Assembly (NCBI GenBank): GCA_037443705.1
Contig: JBBINV010000001.1
Coordinates: 69,692-133,691 of the forward strand
Length of the DNA stretch: 64,000 bases
Direction of reading: 5' to 3'
From: Betaproteobacteria bacterium
GTDB taxonomy: Bacteria > Pseudomonadota > Gammaproteobacteria > Burkholderiales > SG8-39
Position numbers and translations under genes: made by a program. How positions within the stretch are numbered: the first letter of the stretch is position 1; each line of letters begins with the position of its first letter. Below are positions 42,102-50,786 of this stretch, piece after piece. The notes below the pieces were generated by a model, which was not told where the DNA came from, searched no databases, and saw nothing but the letters and a program-made list of their open reading frames with translations.

Positions 42102-44027
42102 CTACGCCATCACCGTGCCGAGGACGTGATCGCGCAGCGCGAGCGCGCTGTGCATCATCGTGTCGGTCGCGCTCTCGAGGCCCCTCGCGATCTCGGCGAC
42201 GACGAACACGGTGCGCGGCTCGACGCCGCTTCCCGCGAGCGCCGTGTGCACCGCGCGCTCGGCCTCGTCGCCGCGCTGCTCCAGCTCCACGATGCGGTGG
42301 ATCGACTCGAGGAACTCCTGCACCTCGCCGCGCGGTGTGCCGCGCGCGAAGTCGTGCGCGCCCTCCACCGCCTTCAGGTACTCCTGCGCCGCGTGCAGCG
42401 CGAGTTCCGCCAGCATCGCGAGCGGCGCAGCCGCCGGTGCGGCAATCGGCCCCGGCGCGAGCAGCGAGAGGTGGAAGGCGGCGTCCTCGAGCGCGTCCAC
42501 CGTGTCGTCGCCGCGCTCGACGAGCCGCGCGAGCTCCGCCACGTTCGCCGAGCGGCGCCCGAGCTCGCGCGCGAGGTTGACGAGTTCGTCCGCGCGCCGC
42601 TCCCAGTCCTTGGCGCGGCGCGCCGCCGCCGCGGCCGAGGCGCCTGCGTCGGCGAGCGCGTCGCGAACGGCGGAGGCGATCTCGATCGCGAGGCTCACCT
42701 GCTCGGAGGCGTAGTCGAGCACCGTCTGGCGCACCGAGAGGAGCGACCCCAGAAGCTCTACGCGCAGCTCGTCGGCGAGCAGCGCCGGCGGGCGCCCTTC
42801 GCGCTGGGCGTCGGTGGCGGCGCGGAACGCGAACTTGAGGTAATTGAGCGCGGCTTTCCCCCCCAGGACATCGTCCAGGCGCGCGCCGAACCCGGTAGGG
42901 GTCTTGCCCAGGGAGGCCAGCGCTTCGAACACGAGCTGCTCGCCGCCCGCCTTCAGGAACCCCATGTGCCCTACGTCCTCGTCGGCGGCCCACTTGAGCA
43001 GCGCGAGCGTGTCCTTCTTGCGCAGGAGCAGCCGCAGGCGCTTGCGCGCGCGGTTCCAGTCGATCAGGTAGACCAGGCGCGAGCCGAGGAACTCGAGGTA
43101 CTGCTCGAGCGACGCCGGGTCGGGCGCGGTGTAGGTACCGACCGCGAGATGATAGATCCCGTCCTCGAAGCTTTCGTCCGTCCTGGAACGCGTGTCGCTC
43201 CAGGCGATCGGCCATCGCGCGAGCAGGCTCTGAAAGAACACGAGCTTGGGCAGGTGCACGTCGGTATAGACGAGCGTCGCGACGAGCCCCTCCACGCGCA
43301 CCACCAGCACGTGCGCGTCGGTCGTGCCGATATCGTTCTGAAGCACTACACGCCCTTCGGCGCGCGTCGCGGTCGTGTCGAGGCCCGGGTGATCGAACTT
43401 GAGCGGCGCAGTGCGGCGCACCCCGCGCGCGAAAGCCGCTACGAGCGATCGGTCCTCCGGCGCGAGGGCGTAGGCGCGCGCGCCCTCGATCGTCTCGGTG
43501 GCGGAGGCCGCCTGCAGGCGATTGAGGGCCTTGTGCAGATCCATGACGAGGCGGTGCAGGGTTTCGCCCGCGTCCCGCCCGGCTCCCGTGGCGCGCGCGA
43601 TCGCCGCGTCGCTCACGCGCTCGTCTGCCTCGACCCACGGCTCGGCGAAGAGCGCGCTGCGGCGGCTCTCGAACGAGGCCGCAGCGGCATCTTCCGCGGC
43701 ACGCAAGGGCGCGATCATTTCGCCCAGCGCGCCGCGGATCCGCTCGAAGAGCGCGGCCGCGCCGGGGATCGCGACGTGCGTGGCGTCCAGGCGCCGCGCG
43801 GCGGCGATCATGTCGTCGAGCGCCACGTCGTCCTCGCCGGCGGCGATGCGTTCGCGGCGCAGGTCGGGGCGTTCCTCGGGCGGGCGCGCGGCGTTCGCGC
43901 CGGCGAGCTGGAGCAGCGTGAAGTAGTACTTGGCGCGGTCGTTCGCCGCGAGCGCCCGGTTCGTGAGCGCGGGTAGCGCCAGGCGCGACTCGCCGAGCGC
44001 CTCGAGGATCCTCTGCTTGTCGGCCAT
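42102..44027 (-). CDS. 641-aa hypothetical protein with C-terminal DUF47/PhoU-like helical domain
   Basis: ATG at 44027 inside ORF 42102..44222 (MADKQRILEAL). The last ~200 aa show the DUF47/PhoU_div pattern (WERRADELVNLAREL...DALEDAAFHLSLL...IHRIVELEQRGDEAERAV...LESATDTMMHSALALRDHV). I do not recognise the N-terminal ~430 aa. An 11-nt gap separates it from the PPDK-like gene. Confidence 0.7.
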   Translation of the reverse strand: MADKQRILEALGESRLALPALTNRALAANDRAKYYFTLLQLAGANAARPPEERPDLRRERIAAGEDDVALDDMIAAARRLDATHVAIPGAAALFERIRGALGEMIAPLRAAEDAAAASFESRRSALFAEPWVEADERVSDAAIARATGAGRDAGETLHRLVMDLHKALNRLQAASATETIEGARAYALAPEDRSLVAAFARGVRRTAPLKFDHPGLDTTATRAEGRVVLQNDIGTTDAHVLVVRVEGLVATLVYTDVHLPKLVFFQSLLARWPIAWSDTRSRTDESFEDGIYHLAVGTYTAPDPASLEQYLEFLGSRLVYLIDWNRARKRLRLLLRKKDTLALLKWAADEDVGHMGFLKAGGEQLVFEALASLGKTPTGFGARLDDVLGGKAALNYLKFAFRAATDAQREGRPPALLADELRVELLGSLLSVRQTVLDYASEQVSLAIEIASAVRDALADAGASAAAAARRAKDWERRADELVNLARELGRRSANVAELARLVERGDDTVDALEDAAFHLSLLAPGPIAAPAAAPLAMLAELALHAAQEYLKAVEGAHDFARGTPRGEVQEFLESIHRIVELEQRGDEAERAVHTALAGSGVEPRTVFVVAEIARGLESATDTMMHSALALRDHVLGTVMA

Positions 44028-44061
44028 GGGAGACAGTTTCGCGGCCACGCCGGCCCCCGGG

Positions 44062-44075
44062 TTGACCCGGGTCAA
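44062..44075. promoter_or_regulatory. perfect 14-bp palindrome TTGACCCGGGTCAA (TTGA-N6-TCAA, Crp/Fnr-family-type site)
   Basis: Read directly. It lies in the 49-bp gap between the DUF2891 stop (44077) and the 641-aa gene ATG (44027). It overlaps a CCCGGG-ttga-CCCGGG stem, so it could instead be a terminator stem. Confidence 0.4.
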
Positions 44076-44076
44076 A

Positions 44077-45039
44077 TCAGGGACGCTCTCCGAGCGCGAG
44101 CGCGGCGAAGCTCGCGAGCCAGTGCGCTCCCGCGTAATCGCCCCCGGCGACGTGCGGCATGCCGTGAGCGAGATGCGTTTCGGCCAGCTCCGCGTATCCC
44201 AGGCGCCGGAAGCACCACGCACGGGAGAGCGCGAGGCCGTCCAGGTGGCTTTGCTTGGGATCGGTTCGGTCGGCGGGATTCGGGGGTGCGGACAGAGCGG
44301 CGAACCCGCCCGGGACGAACCCCGCCAGCCATTTGGCGAACTCCGGTTCCGGAAGAAGGTCCTTCATGAGCACCGCCTCCAAGAGTGCGGGCGAAAGAAA
44401 ATCGTCCAGCGAGGGTTCGTACGCAAGAGGCGCGTTCGCGTCGTGCGAATACCAGCGTCGCGCCGAATCGGCGATGACCTCGCTGAGAGATGTGTCGCCC
44501 GAAACCCGCGCGTAATCGAGACCCAGCACGCACGCGAACGCGGTGTTGGCATGGGTTCCGGCGCGGATGGGATAGGGCGAGGCGGCGAGAAACCCGGCGA
44601 ACCGCTTCGCGAGCAGCCCGGCGAGCGGCGCGAGCGCGCCGGTCCAGCGCGCGTTACCGGCCCGCAGGCACTCGGCCTGCAGCTCCATCAGCCACGCCCA
44701 GCCGTAAGGACGTTCGAAGGTTTTTCCGGAGGGGCTGGTGAAATAGGCAAGCTCCCTCTGAAGGGCCTCCTCGCTCAGGTGCTCGTTCAGGACGGCTTCG
44801 ATGGCCTGTCCTTCGGGGAGCTCCGGATACAGGCGCAGCAGCCGCGCGAGCAGCCAGTGCATGTGCACCGCCGAGTGCCAGTCGTAGGCGCCGAAGAACG
44901 CGGGGTGGACGCGCCGCGGCGCGAGTTCGCCAGGCGCGGCGAGAAGCAGATGATCGAGCTTGCGCGGATACTCGCGCGATACGTTCGCGAGCGCCACGCG
45001 CGCAAGGCTTGCGGCTATGGTCGCGCCCAGCTCCGTCAC
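44077..45039 (-). CDS. DUF2891-family protein
   Basis: 320-aa ORF with a GTG start. The sequence (YPRKLDHLL...[21 protein letters not shown]...[10 protein letters not shown]...[13 protein letters not shown]) matches my recollection of the DUF2891 family. Function unknown. Confidence 0.7.
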   Translation of the reverse strand: MTELGATIAASLARVALANVSREYPRKLDHLLLAAPGELAPRRVHPAFFGAYDWHSAVHMHWLLARLLRLYPELPEGQAIEAVLNEHLSEEALQRELAYFTSPSGKTFERPYGWAWLMELQAECLRAGNARWTGALAPLAGLLAKRFAGFLAASPYPIRAGTHANTAFACVLGLDYARVSGDTSLSEVIADSARRWYSHDANAPLAYEPSLDDFLSPALLEAVLMKDLLPEPEFAKWLAGFVPGGFAALSAPPNPADRTDPKQSHLDGLALSRAWCFRRLGYAELAETHLAHGMPHVAGGDYAGAHWLASFAALALGERP

Positions 45040-45077
45040 GGTGCCGGAATGTTACGCTAGAATCAACGCGATACCTC

Positions 45078-46436
45078 ATGTCTCTCGAAATCGTCGTCCT
45101 CGCCGCGGGCCAGGGCAAGCGCATGCGCTCCGCGCTGCCGAAGGTGCTGCACCGCCTTGCGGGCCGGCCGCTTCTCGCGCACGTGCTCGATACGGCGCGC
45201 GCGCTCGCGCCCGGGCGCATCCTTGTCGTGCACGGCCACGGCGGCGAGGCAGTACGCGCCGCGTGCCACGGCGCCGGCATCGAGTGGGTCGAGCAGCGCG
45301 AGCAGCTCGGCACCGGGCACGCGGTGCTGCAGGCGCTGCCGCGCGTGGCGCCCGAATCCGAGGTGATGGTGCTTTATGGCGACGTGCCGCTCGTGCGCGC
45401 GGAAACTCTGCGGCGGCTGGCGGATTCCGCGCGCGGCGGCCTGGCGATCCTCACCGCCGAACCTCCCGATCCCGTGGGCTACGGGCGCGTCGTGCGCGGT
45501 CCGGGCGGGCGGGTCGAACGCATCGTGGAGCAAAAGGATGCGACGGACACCGAGGCCGCGATCCGCGAGGTGAACGCGGGATTTCTCGCCGCGAAGGCCG
45601 CCCGCCTCGCCGGGTGGCTATCGCGAGTCGGGAACGCAAACGCGCAGAACGAGTACTACCTCCCCGACGTGATTGGGCTCGCGGTGGCCGATGGCGTGCC
45701 GGTGAGCGCGGTGAAGGCCGCCGACTGGCACGAGGCCGCAGGCGTCAACTCGCGCCATGAGCTCGCGATCCTCGAGCGCGCCTACCAGATCGCGCAGGCG
45801 AAGCGCCTGCTCGAAGCGGGCGTGGCGCTCGCCGATCCTTCGCGCATCGACGTGCGCGGGACGCTCGAATGCGGCGCCGACGTCTCGATCGATGTCAATT
45901 GCGTGTTCGAGGGGAAGGTAACGCTCGGCGACGGCGTGCGCGTCGGAGCGAATTGCGTCCTGGGAAATGTATCGGTTTCGAGAAACACCGAAATCCTTCC
46001 GTTTTGCCTTCTGGAGGATTCCCAGATCGGGGAGCGCTGCCGCATCGGGCCCTATGCGCGATTGCGGCCCGGCGCGAGCCTCGCGGAAGAGGTGCACATC
46101 GGCAACTTCGTCGAGGTGAAGGCGAGCCGCATCGGCGCAGGCTCCAAGGCGAACCACCTTGCCTATCTCGGCGACGCCGAAATCGGGCGCGGCGTGAACG
46201 TGGGCGCCGGCACGATCACCTGCAACTACGACGGCGCCGCCAAGCACCGCACCGTGATCGAGGACGACTGCTTCATCGGCTCGGACGCGACGCTGGTCGC
46301 ACCGGTGCGCATCGCCCGGGGCTCGTACATCGGCGCGGGTTCCACGATCAGCAAGGACACGCCCGCCGGGCAGCTCAGCGTCGCGCGCGCCAGGCAGGTG
46401 GCCGTTCCGCGCTGGAATCCCCCGAGAAAGAAGTAG
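45078..46436 (+). CDS. glmU: bifunctional UDP-N-acetylglucosamine pyrophosphorylase / glucosamine-1-phosphate N-acetyltransferase
   Basis: ATG at 45078 inside ORF 45009..46436 ([25 protein letters not shown]). C-terminal left-handed beta-helix hexapeptide repeats. Confidence 0.95.
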   Translation: MSLEIVVLAAGQGKRMRSALPKVLHRLAGRPLLAHVLDTARALAPGRILVVHGHGGEAVRAACHGAGIEWVEQREQLGTGHAVLQALPRVAPESEVMVLYGDVPLVRAETLRRLADSARGGLAILTAEPPDPVGYGRVVRGPGGRVERIVEQKDATDTEAAIREVNAGFLAAKAARLAGWLSRVGNANAQNEYYLPDVIGLAVADGVPVSAVKAADWHEAAGVNSRHELAILERAYQIAQAKRLLEAGVALADPSRIDVRGTLECGADVSIDVNCVFEGKVTLGDGVRVGANCVLGNVSVSRNTEILPFCLLEDSQIGERCRIGPYARLRPGASLAEEVHIGNFVEVKASRIGAGSKANHLAYLGDAEIGRGVNVGAGTITCNYDGAAKHRTVIEDDCFIGSDATLVAPVRIARGSYIGAGSTISKDTPAGQLSVARARQVAVPRWNPPRKK

Positions 46437-46440
46437 CCTG

Positions 46441-48258
46441 ATGTGCGGAATCGTCGGCGCGGCCGCCAGGCGCGACATCGTCCCGGTTCTGTTGGAGGGC
46501 CTGCGGCGCCTGGAATACCGCGGCTACGACTCGTGCGGCGTGGCGACGGTTTCAACCCATGGGCTGGAACGGATCCGAAGCGTCGCGCGGGTTTCCGACC
46601 TGGAACTGCAGGTCAACGGTACAAATCTCGCCGCCGAGACCGGCATCGCGCACACGCGCTGGGCCACGCACGGCGCGCCGGTGACGCACAACGCGCACCC
46701 GATCCTGTCGCGCGGCGAAATTGCGCTGGTACACAACGGCATCATCGAGAACTACGAGGAGCTGCGCGCGGAGCTCATGGCGCGCGGCTACGTCTTCGAG
46801 ACGCAGACCGACACCGAGGTGATCGCGCACCTGGTGCACAGCCTTTACCAGGGCAGCCTCTACGAGGCGGTGCGCCGCGCGGTTGCGCGCCTCGCGGGTG
46901 CCTACGCCATCGCGGTCCTTGCGAAGGGCGAGCCTCACCGCGTGGTAGGCGCGCGCGCCGGAAGCCCGCTCGTCGTGGGCGTGGGCGCGAACGAGATGTT
47001 CCTTGCCTCCGACGCGCTCGCGCTCTCGGGCACCACCGGGCGCATTGCCTACCTCGAGGAGGGCGACGTTGCCGAGATCTCGCTCGAGGGTTTTCGCGTG
47101 CGCGACGCGGTCGGCCGCGAGGCGAACCGCGAGGTGCGCACCGTCGAGGTCGCGAACGCCGCCGCCGAGCTCGGTCCCTACCGCCACTTCATGCAGAAGG
47201 AGATCTTCGAGCAGCCGCGCGCGGTGGCGGACACGCTGGAAGGCGTTGCGGGAATTTCTCCCTCGCTGTTCGAAGACCCGGAAGGGAAGACTCTCACGGA
47301 GGTCAAAAGCGTCCTCGTCCTCGCCTGCGGCACGAGCTACTACGCGGGGCTCACGGCGAAGACCTGGCTCGAGTCGCTCGCGCGTCTGCCGACGCAGGTC
47401 GAGGTCGCGAGCGAGTATCGCTACCGCGAGAGCGTGCCGGACCCGGGCGCGCTCGTGGTGGGGGTGTCGCAGTCGGGCGAGACCGCCGATACGCTCGCCG
47501 CGCTCCGGCACGCGCGCGCCCTCGGGCAGGAGAGGACGCTGGGGATCTGCAATGTCGCTACCAGCGCGATGCTGCGCGAGACGAGGCTTAGCTTCCTCAC
47601 CCACGCAGGCGTCGAGATCGGGGTCGCCTCGACCAAGGCCTTCACGACGCAGCTCGTGGGGCTTTTCCTGCTGTCACTGGTCCTGGCGAAATTGAGAAAT
47701 CGATTGCCGGCGGAGGAAGAGCAACGGCACCTCAGGACCCTTCGGCATCTTCCCAAGGCGCTCGGCGCGGCGCTCGCGCTCGAGCCGCAGCTGATCGCGT
47801 GGTCGGAGCGCTTCGCCGGGAAGGAGCATGCGCTTTTCCTGGGACGCGGGCCGCACTATCCGATCGCGATGGAGGGGGCGCTGAAGCTCAAGGAGATCTC
47901 CTACATCCACGCCGAGGCCTACCCGGCGGGCGAGCTGAAGCACGGGCCGCTCGCGCTCGTCACCTCCGAGATGCCGGTGGTGACCGTGGCGCCGAACGAC
48001 GCGCTGCTCGAGAAGCTCAAGTCCAACATGCAGGAGGTGCGCGCGCGCGGCGGCGAGCTCTACGTGCTCACCGATTCGGGCACGCGCATCGTCTCGGGCG
48101 AGGGCATGCACGTGATCCGGCTTCCCGAGCACTACGGGCTCCTGTCGCCGATCCTGCACGTGGTGCCGCTGCAACTGCTCGCCTACCACACCGCGCTCGC
48201 GCGCGGCAGCGACGTCGACAAGCCGCGCAACCTCGCCAAGTCGGTGACGGTCGAGTAG
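46441..48258 (+). CDS. glmS: glutamine--fructose-6-phosphate aminotransferase
   Basis: 605-aa ORF with N-terminal MCGIVG (Cys2 nucleophile), two SIS domains and C-terminal KSVTVE. Confidence 0.97.
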   Translation: MCGIVGAAARRDIVPVLLEGLRRLEYRGYDSCGVATVSTHGLERIRSVARVSDLELQVNGTNLAAETGIAHTRWATHGAPVTHNAHPILSRGEIALVHNGIIENYEELRAELMARGYVFETQTDTEVIAHLVHSLYQGSLYEAVRRAVARLAGAYAIAVLAKGEPHRVVGARAGSPLVVGVGANEMFLASDALALSGTTGRIAYLEEGDVAEISLEGFRVRDAVGREANREVRTVEVANAAAELGPYRHFMQKEIFEQPRAVADTLEGVAGISPSLFEDPEGKTLTEVKSVLVLACGTSYYAGLTAKTWLESLARLPTQVEVASEYRYRESVPDPGALVVGVSQSGETADTLAALRHARALGQERTLGICNVATSAMLRETRLSFLTHAGVEIGVASTKAFTTQLVGLFLLSLVLAKLRNRLPAEEEQRHLRTLRHLPKALGAALALEPQLIAWSERFAGKEHALFLGRGPHYPIAMEGALKLKEISYIHAEAYPAGELKHGPLALVTSEMPVVTVAPNDALLEKLKSNMQEVRARGGELYVLTDSGTRIVSGEGMHVIRLPEHYGLLSPILHVVPLQLLAYHTALARGSDVDKPRNLAKSVTVE

Positions 48259-48264
48259 CGCCGG

Positions 48265-48284
48265 ATCCCCGCTTGCGCGGGGAT
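48265..48284. repeat. REP-like hairpin, CCCGC-N4-GCGGG family (copy 2 of 3)
   Basis: ATCCCCGC ttgc GCGGGGAT, 7 nt after the glmS stop, between the convergent genes glmS and the SDR gene. Confidence 0.75.
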
Positions 48285-48297
48285 GACGGCCTCGCCG

Positions 48298-48999
48298 TCA
48301 GCCGTGCATCGTGAGGCCGCCCGAGACGCTGAGGGTCTGGCCGGTGATGAACTCGGCGTCGTCGCTCGAGAGGAACAGCACCGCGCCGGGGATGTCTTCG
48401 GGCTTGCCCAGCCGCCCGATCGGGATCGCGCGGCGATAGGCTTCGCGCAGCTTCTCCGGATTGCCGGCGCCCTGCATGAAGGCTTCGAGCATACCGGTCT
48501 CGGTGAGCCCCGGGCAGACGGTGTTGAGGCGCACGCCTTTGGAGGCGAGCTCGCGCGAAAGGGTCTTCGTGAGCGCGATGATCCCGCCCTTGCACGCCGA
48601 GTAGGGCGCCTCGCCCGAGGAGCCCACGCGGCCCGCATCCGACGCGATGTTCACGACCTTGCCGCCCCCGCGCTCGACCATGCCGGGGAGCACGCAATGC
48701 AGCAGATTCATCGCGCCGACGAGATTGATCGAGATGATCTTCTGCCAGAACGCGGGATCGGTCTTGAGAAACGGCTTGAACATGTCCCAGCCCGCGTTGT
48801 TCACGAGGATGTCCACCGGCCCGACCCTGTCAACCGCGGTCTTTACGCCCTGGTAGTCGGTGATATCCACAGGGGGGGTGCCGTTGAGGTCGAACACCAC
48901 GACCCGGGTTCCTTCCTCCTCGAATCGCCGCACGATCGCGGCGCCGATGCCGGCGGCTCCGCCGGTCACGATTGCGGTCTTGCCTTTCAGTCCTCTCAT
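48298..48999 (-). CDS. short-chain dehydrogenase/reductase, BadH-like (2-hydroxycyclohexanecarboxyl-CoA dehydrogenase-type)
   Basis: 233-aa ORF. The TGGAAGIG cofactor motif, NNAG and catalytic YSACK. Long stretches (VDILVNNAGWDMFKPF, VLPGMVERGGGKVVNIASDAGRVGSSGEAPYSACKGG, ANPEKL, IPIGRLGKPEDI, SDDAEFITGQTLSVSGGLTMHG) resemble the BadH sequence as I recall it. It is the last gene of the korAB operon. Confidence 0.7.
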   Translation of the reverse strand: MRGLKGKTAIVTGGAAGIGAAIVRRFEEEGTRVVVFDLNGTPPVDITDYQGVKTAVDRVGPVDILVNNAGWDMFKPFLKTDPAFWQKIISINLVGAMNLLHCVLPGMVERGGGKVVNIASDAGRVGSSGEAPYSACKGGIIALTKTLSRELASKGVRLNTVCPGLTETGMLEAFMQGAGNPEKLREAYRRAIPIGRLGKPEDIPGAVLFLSSDDAEFITGQTLSVSGGLTMHG

Positions 49000-49003
49000 C
49001 GGT

Positions 49004-49402
49004 TCACTCCGGTGGTATCACGGCGGTCGCCTCGAGCTCGATCTTGGCGGGGCTGTCGAGGAGGTCCGAGACGAAGATCATGCTCATGCAGGGGTAGTGC
49101 CGCCCCATCAGCGCGCGCCAGATCCGGCCGAGCTGCGGCCGCGCGGCGAGATACGCGGGCTTGTCGCAGCAGAAGGCGGTGATGCGGCAGATGTGCTCGG
49201 GCCGCCCGCCGTCCGAGGCGAGCACCGCGAGCACGTTCTTCAGCGCCTGCTCGAACTGTGGCGCAATCTCTTCCGAATGAAACTTCTGCGCGGCGTCCCA
49301 GCCGACCTGCCCGGCGACGAACACGATGCGCCCCGCCGGCACCGAGATGCCGTTGGCGTAGCCGACCGGCGGCGCCCAGCCTTCCGGGAGCAGGACCTTC
49401 AT
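49004..49402 (-). CDS. RidA/YjgF/UK114-family protein
   Basis: ATG at 49402 inside ORF 49004..50032 (MKVLLPEGWAPPVGYANGISVPAGRIVFVAGQVGWD...IELEATAV). 4-nt overlap with the upstream gene. Confidence 0.8.
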   Translation of the reverse strand: MKVLLPEGWAPPVGYANGISVPAGRIVFVAGQVGWDAAQKFHSEEIAPQFEQALKNVLAVLASDGGRPEHICRITAFCCDKPAYLAARPQLGRIWRALMGRHYPCMSMIFVSDLLDSPAKIELEATAVIPPE

Positions 49403-49950
49403 TCGGAGTAGTTCGGCGGGTCGAGGTCGCGGTCCCAGCCGGGCTCGGGCTTCTCGACCTTCGTCATCCAGGCCTTGATCAGGCGAATATGCTCGCGCTC
49501 CTCCTTCGCCATCTGCGCAGCCACGCGCCGGACCTCCGCGGGCGCCACCGAGCGCGTCATGTTGCGAAAGAACGCCGCGGCGCGCTCCTCGCTGCGGAGC
49601 GCGAGTTCCAGCGCGTGGAAGGGCTTCATCAGGTAATGGAGCTCGGTCACCGGCGCGCTCTCGGGCGCGTCGGTGCCGCGCCACAGCCACGACGTCGCCT
49701 GCGCGGGCGGGGTGCTCCAGCCCATGCGCTTCATGATCTCCTTCGCGTGCAGGTCTTCGACCCGCGCGAGCTTCCGAAAGAGCTTCGCCACCTCCGGGTT
49801 GTTGTGCACTTCCATCTGGTCGGCGAACTCGCCGTAGCGCTCGGCGGCGTCGGCTTCCATGTGGTAGGCCTGGATCATGAAATCCGTGTAGGCGGATTTC
49901 GCCCGGGGTGCGGTCTTCGCAGCAGGTTTCCTGACGGCTCTTTTTTTCAT
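49399..49950 (-). CDS. ferritin-like (rubrerythrin-type di-iron) protein
   Basis: ATG at 49950 inside ORF 49399..50718 (MKKRAVRKPAAK...). Two E...ExxH pairs (AERY...VEDLH and SEERAA...EEREH) fit a four-helix di-iron site. ATGA-type overlaps on both sides. Confidence 0.7.
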   Translation of the reverse strand: MKKRAVRKPAAKTAPRAKSAYTDFMIQAYHMEADAAERYGEFADQMEVHNNPEVAKLFRKLARVEDLHAKEIMKRMGWSTPPAQATSWLWRGTDAPESAPVTELHYLMKPFHALELALRSEERAAAFFRNMTRSVAPAEVRRVAAQMAKEEREHIRLIKAWMTKVEKPEPGWDRDLDPPNYSE

Positions 49951-50786
49951 AGGGCGAACTCGCGCTCGAGCTCTGCGACGCGCTTCGGTTCCTTCGCCAC
50001 CGGGGGATGGAACGGCTTGCGGTGTCCCGCATAGAGTACCCCGATATTGAAGCCGTCGTCGGTCATGAGGCGGCGGGCGGCGCGCGCCGGATCGTCGGTG
50101 GGCGCGACCGGAGCCGGCCGGGCGGCCTCCTTCCAGGCGCGCTGCTCGGGCCGGAAGGTGACGCAGGGGCTGAGCACCTCGATGAACGAGAAGCCCGGAT
50201 GGCGCACGGCCTGCGCGATCAGGTCCGCGGTGCCGTTCGGGTCGCCGGAGAACGCGCGCGCGATGAAATTCGCGCCCGAGGCGAGCGCGATGACCAGGGG
50301 ATGGAACTCGCGCAGGCCCGTCCCGTGCGGCGAGAGCTTGGACGATTCCCAGTCGGGCTCGGTCGTGGGCGAAGGCTGGCCCTTGGTCATGCCGTAGACG
50401 CGGTTGTCCATCACGATATAAGTGAGGTCCACGTTCCGGCGGCAGGCGTGCAGGAAGTGGTTCCCGCCGATCGAGTAGCCGTCGCCGTCGCCGCCCGCCG
50501 CGATCACCGTGAGCTCGGGCCGCGCGATCTTGAGGCCGGTGGCGGTGGGCAGCGCGCGCCCGTGCACGCCGTGAAAGCCGTAGCACGTGGTGTACGCCGG
50601 GATTCGCGACGAGCAGCCGATGCCGGAGACGACCGCGACGTTCTCGGGGCGAAGCCCGAGCGACGCGAGCGCCTTGGTGATCGAGGAGAGCACCGTGTAA
50701 TCGCCGCATCCCGGGCACCAGACGGGCTTCACGTCCGACTTGAACAGCTGCGGCGCGATCGCGACGCTTTGCGTCTGCGCGCTCAT
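49947..50786 (-). CDS. korB: 2-oxoglutarate:ferredoxin oxidoreductase beta subunit
   Basis: ATG at 50786 inside ORF 49947..52316 (MSAQTQSVAI...). Fe-S/ThDP motifs WCPGCGDY and GGDGDGYSIG. Overlaps korA by 4 nt. Confidence 0.9.
   Translation of the reverse strand: MSAQTQSVAIAPQLFKSDVKPVWCPGCGDYTVLSSITKALASLGLRPENVAVVSGIGCSSRIPAYTTCYGFHGVHGRALPTATGLKIARPELTVIAAGGDGDGYSIGGNHFLHACRRNVDLTYIVMDNRVYGMTKGQPSPTTEPDWESSKLSPHGTGLREFHPLVIALASGANFIARAFSGDPNGTADLIAQAVRHPGFSFIEVLSPCVTFRPEQRAWKEAARPAPVAPTDDPARAARRLMTDDGFNIGVLYAGHRKPFHPPVAKEPKRVAELEREFAL

Noticed and set aside
42091-43638. 5' two-thirds of the 1051-aa ORF 40483..43638 (-)
   Set aside because: This part is Arg/Ala/Gly-rich low-complexity sequence (MGRGRRARERRGDRARHGS...). 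It overlaps, in another frame, the much more protein-like 42102..44027 gene. Only the segment from the ATG at 42090 onward shows PPDK motifs. It is a typical high-GC read-through artefact.
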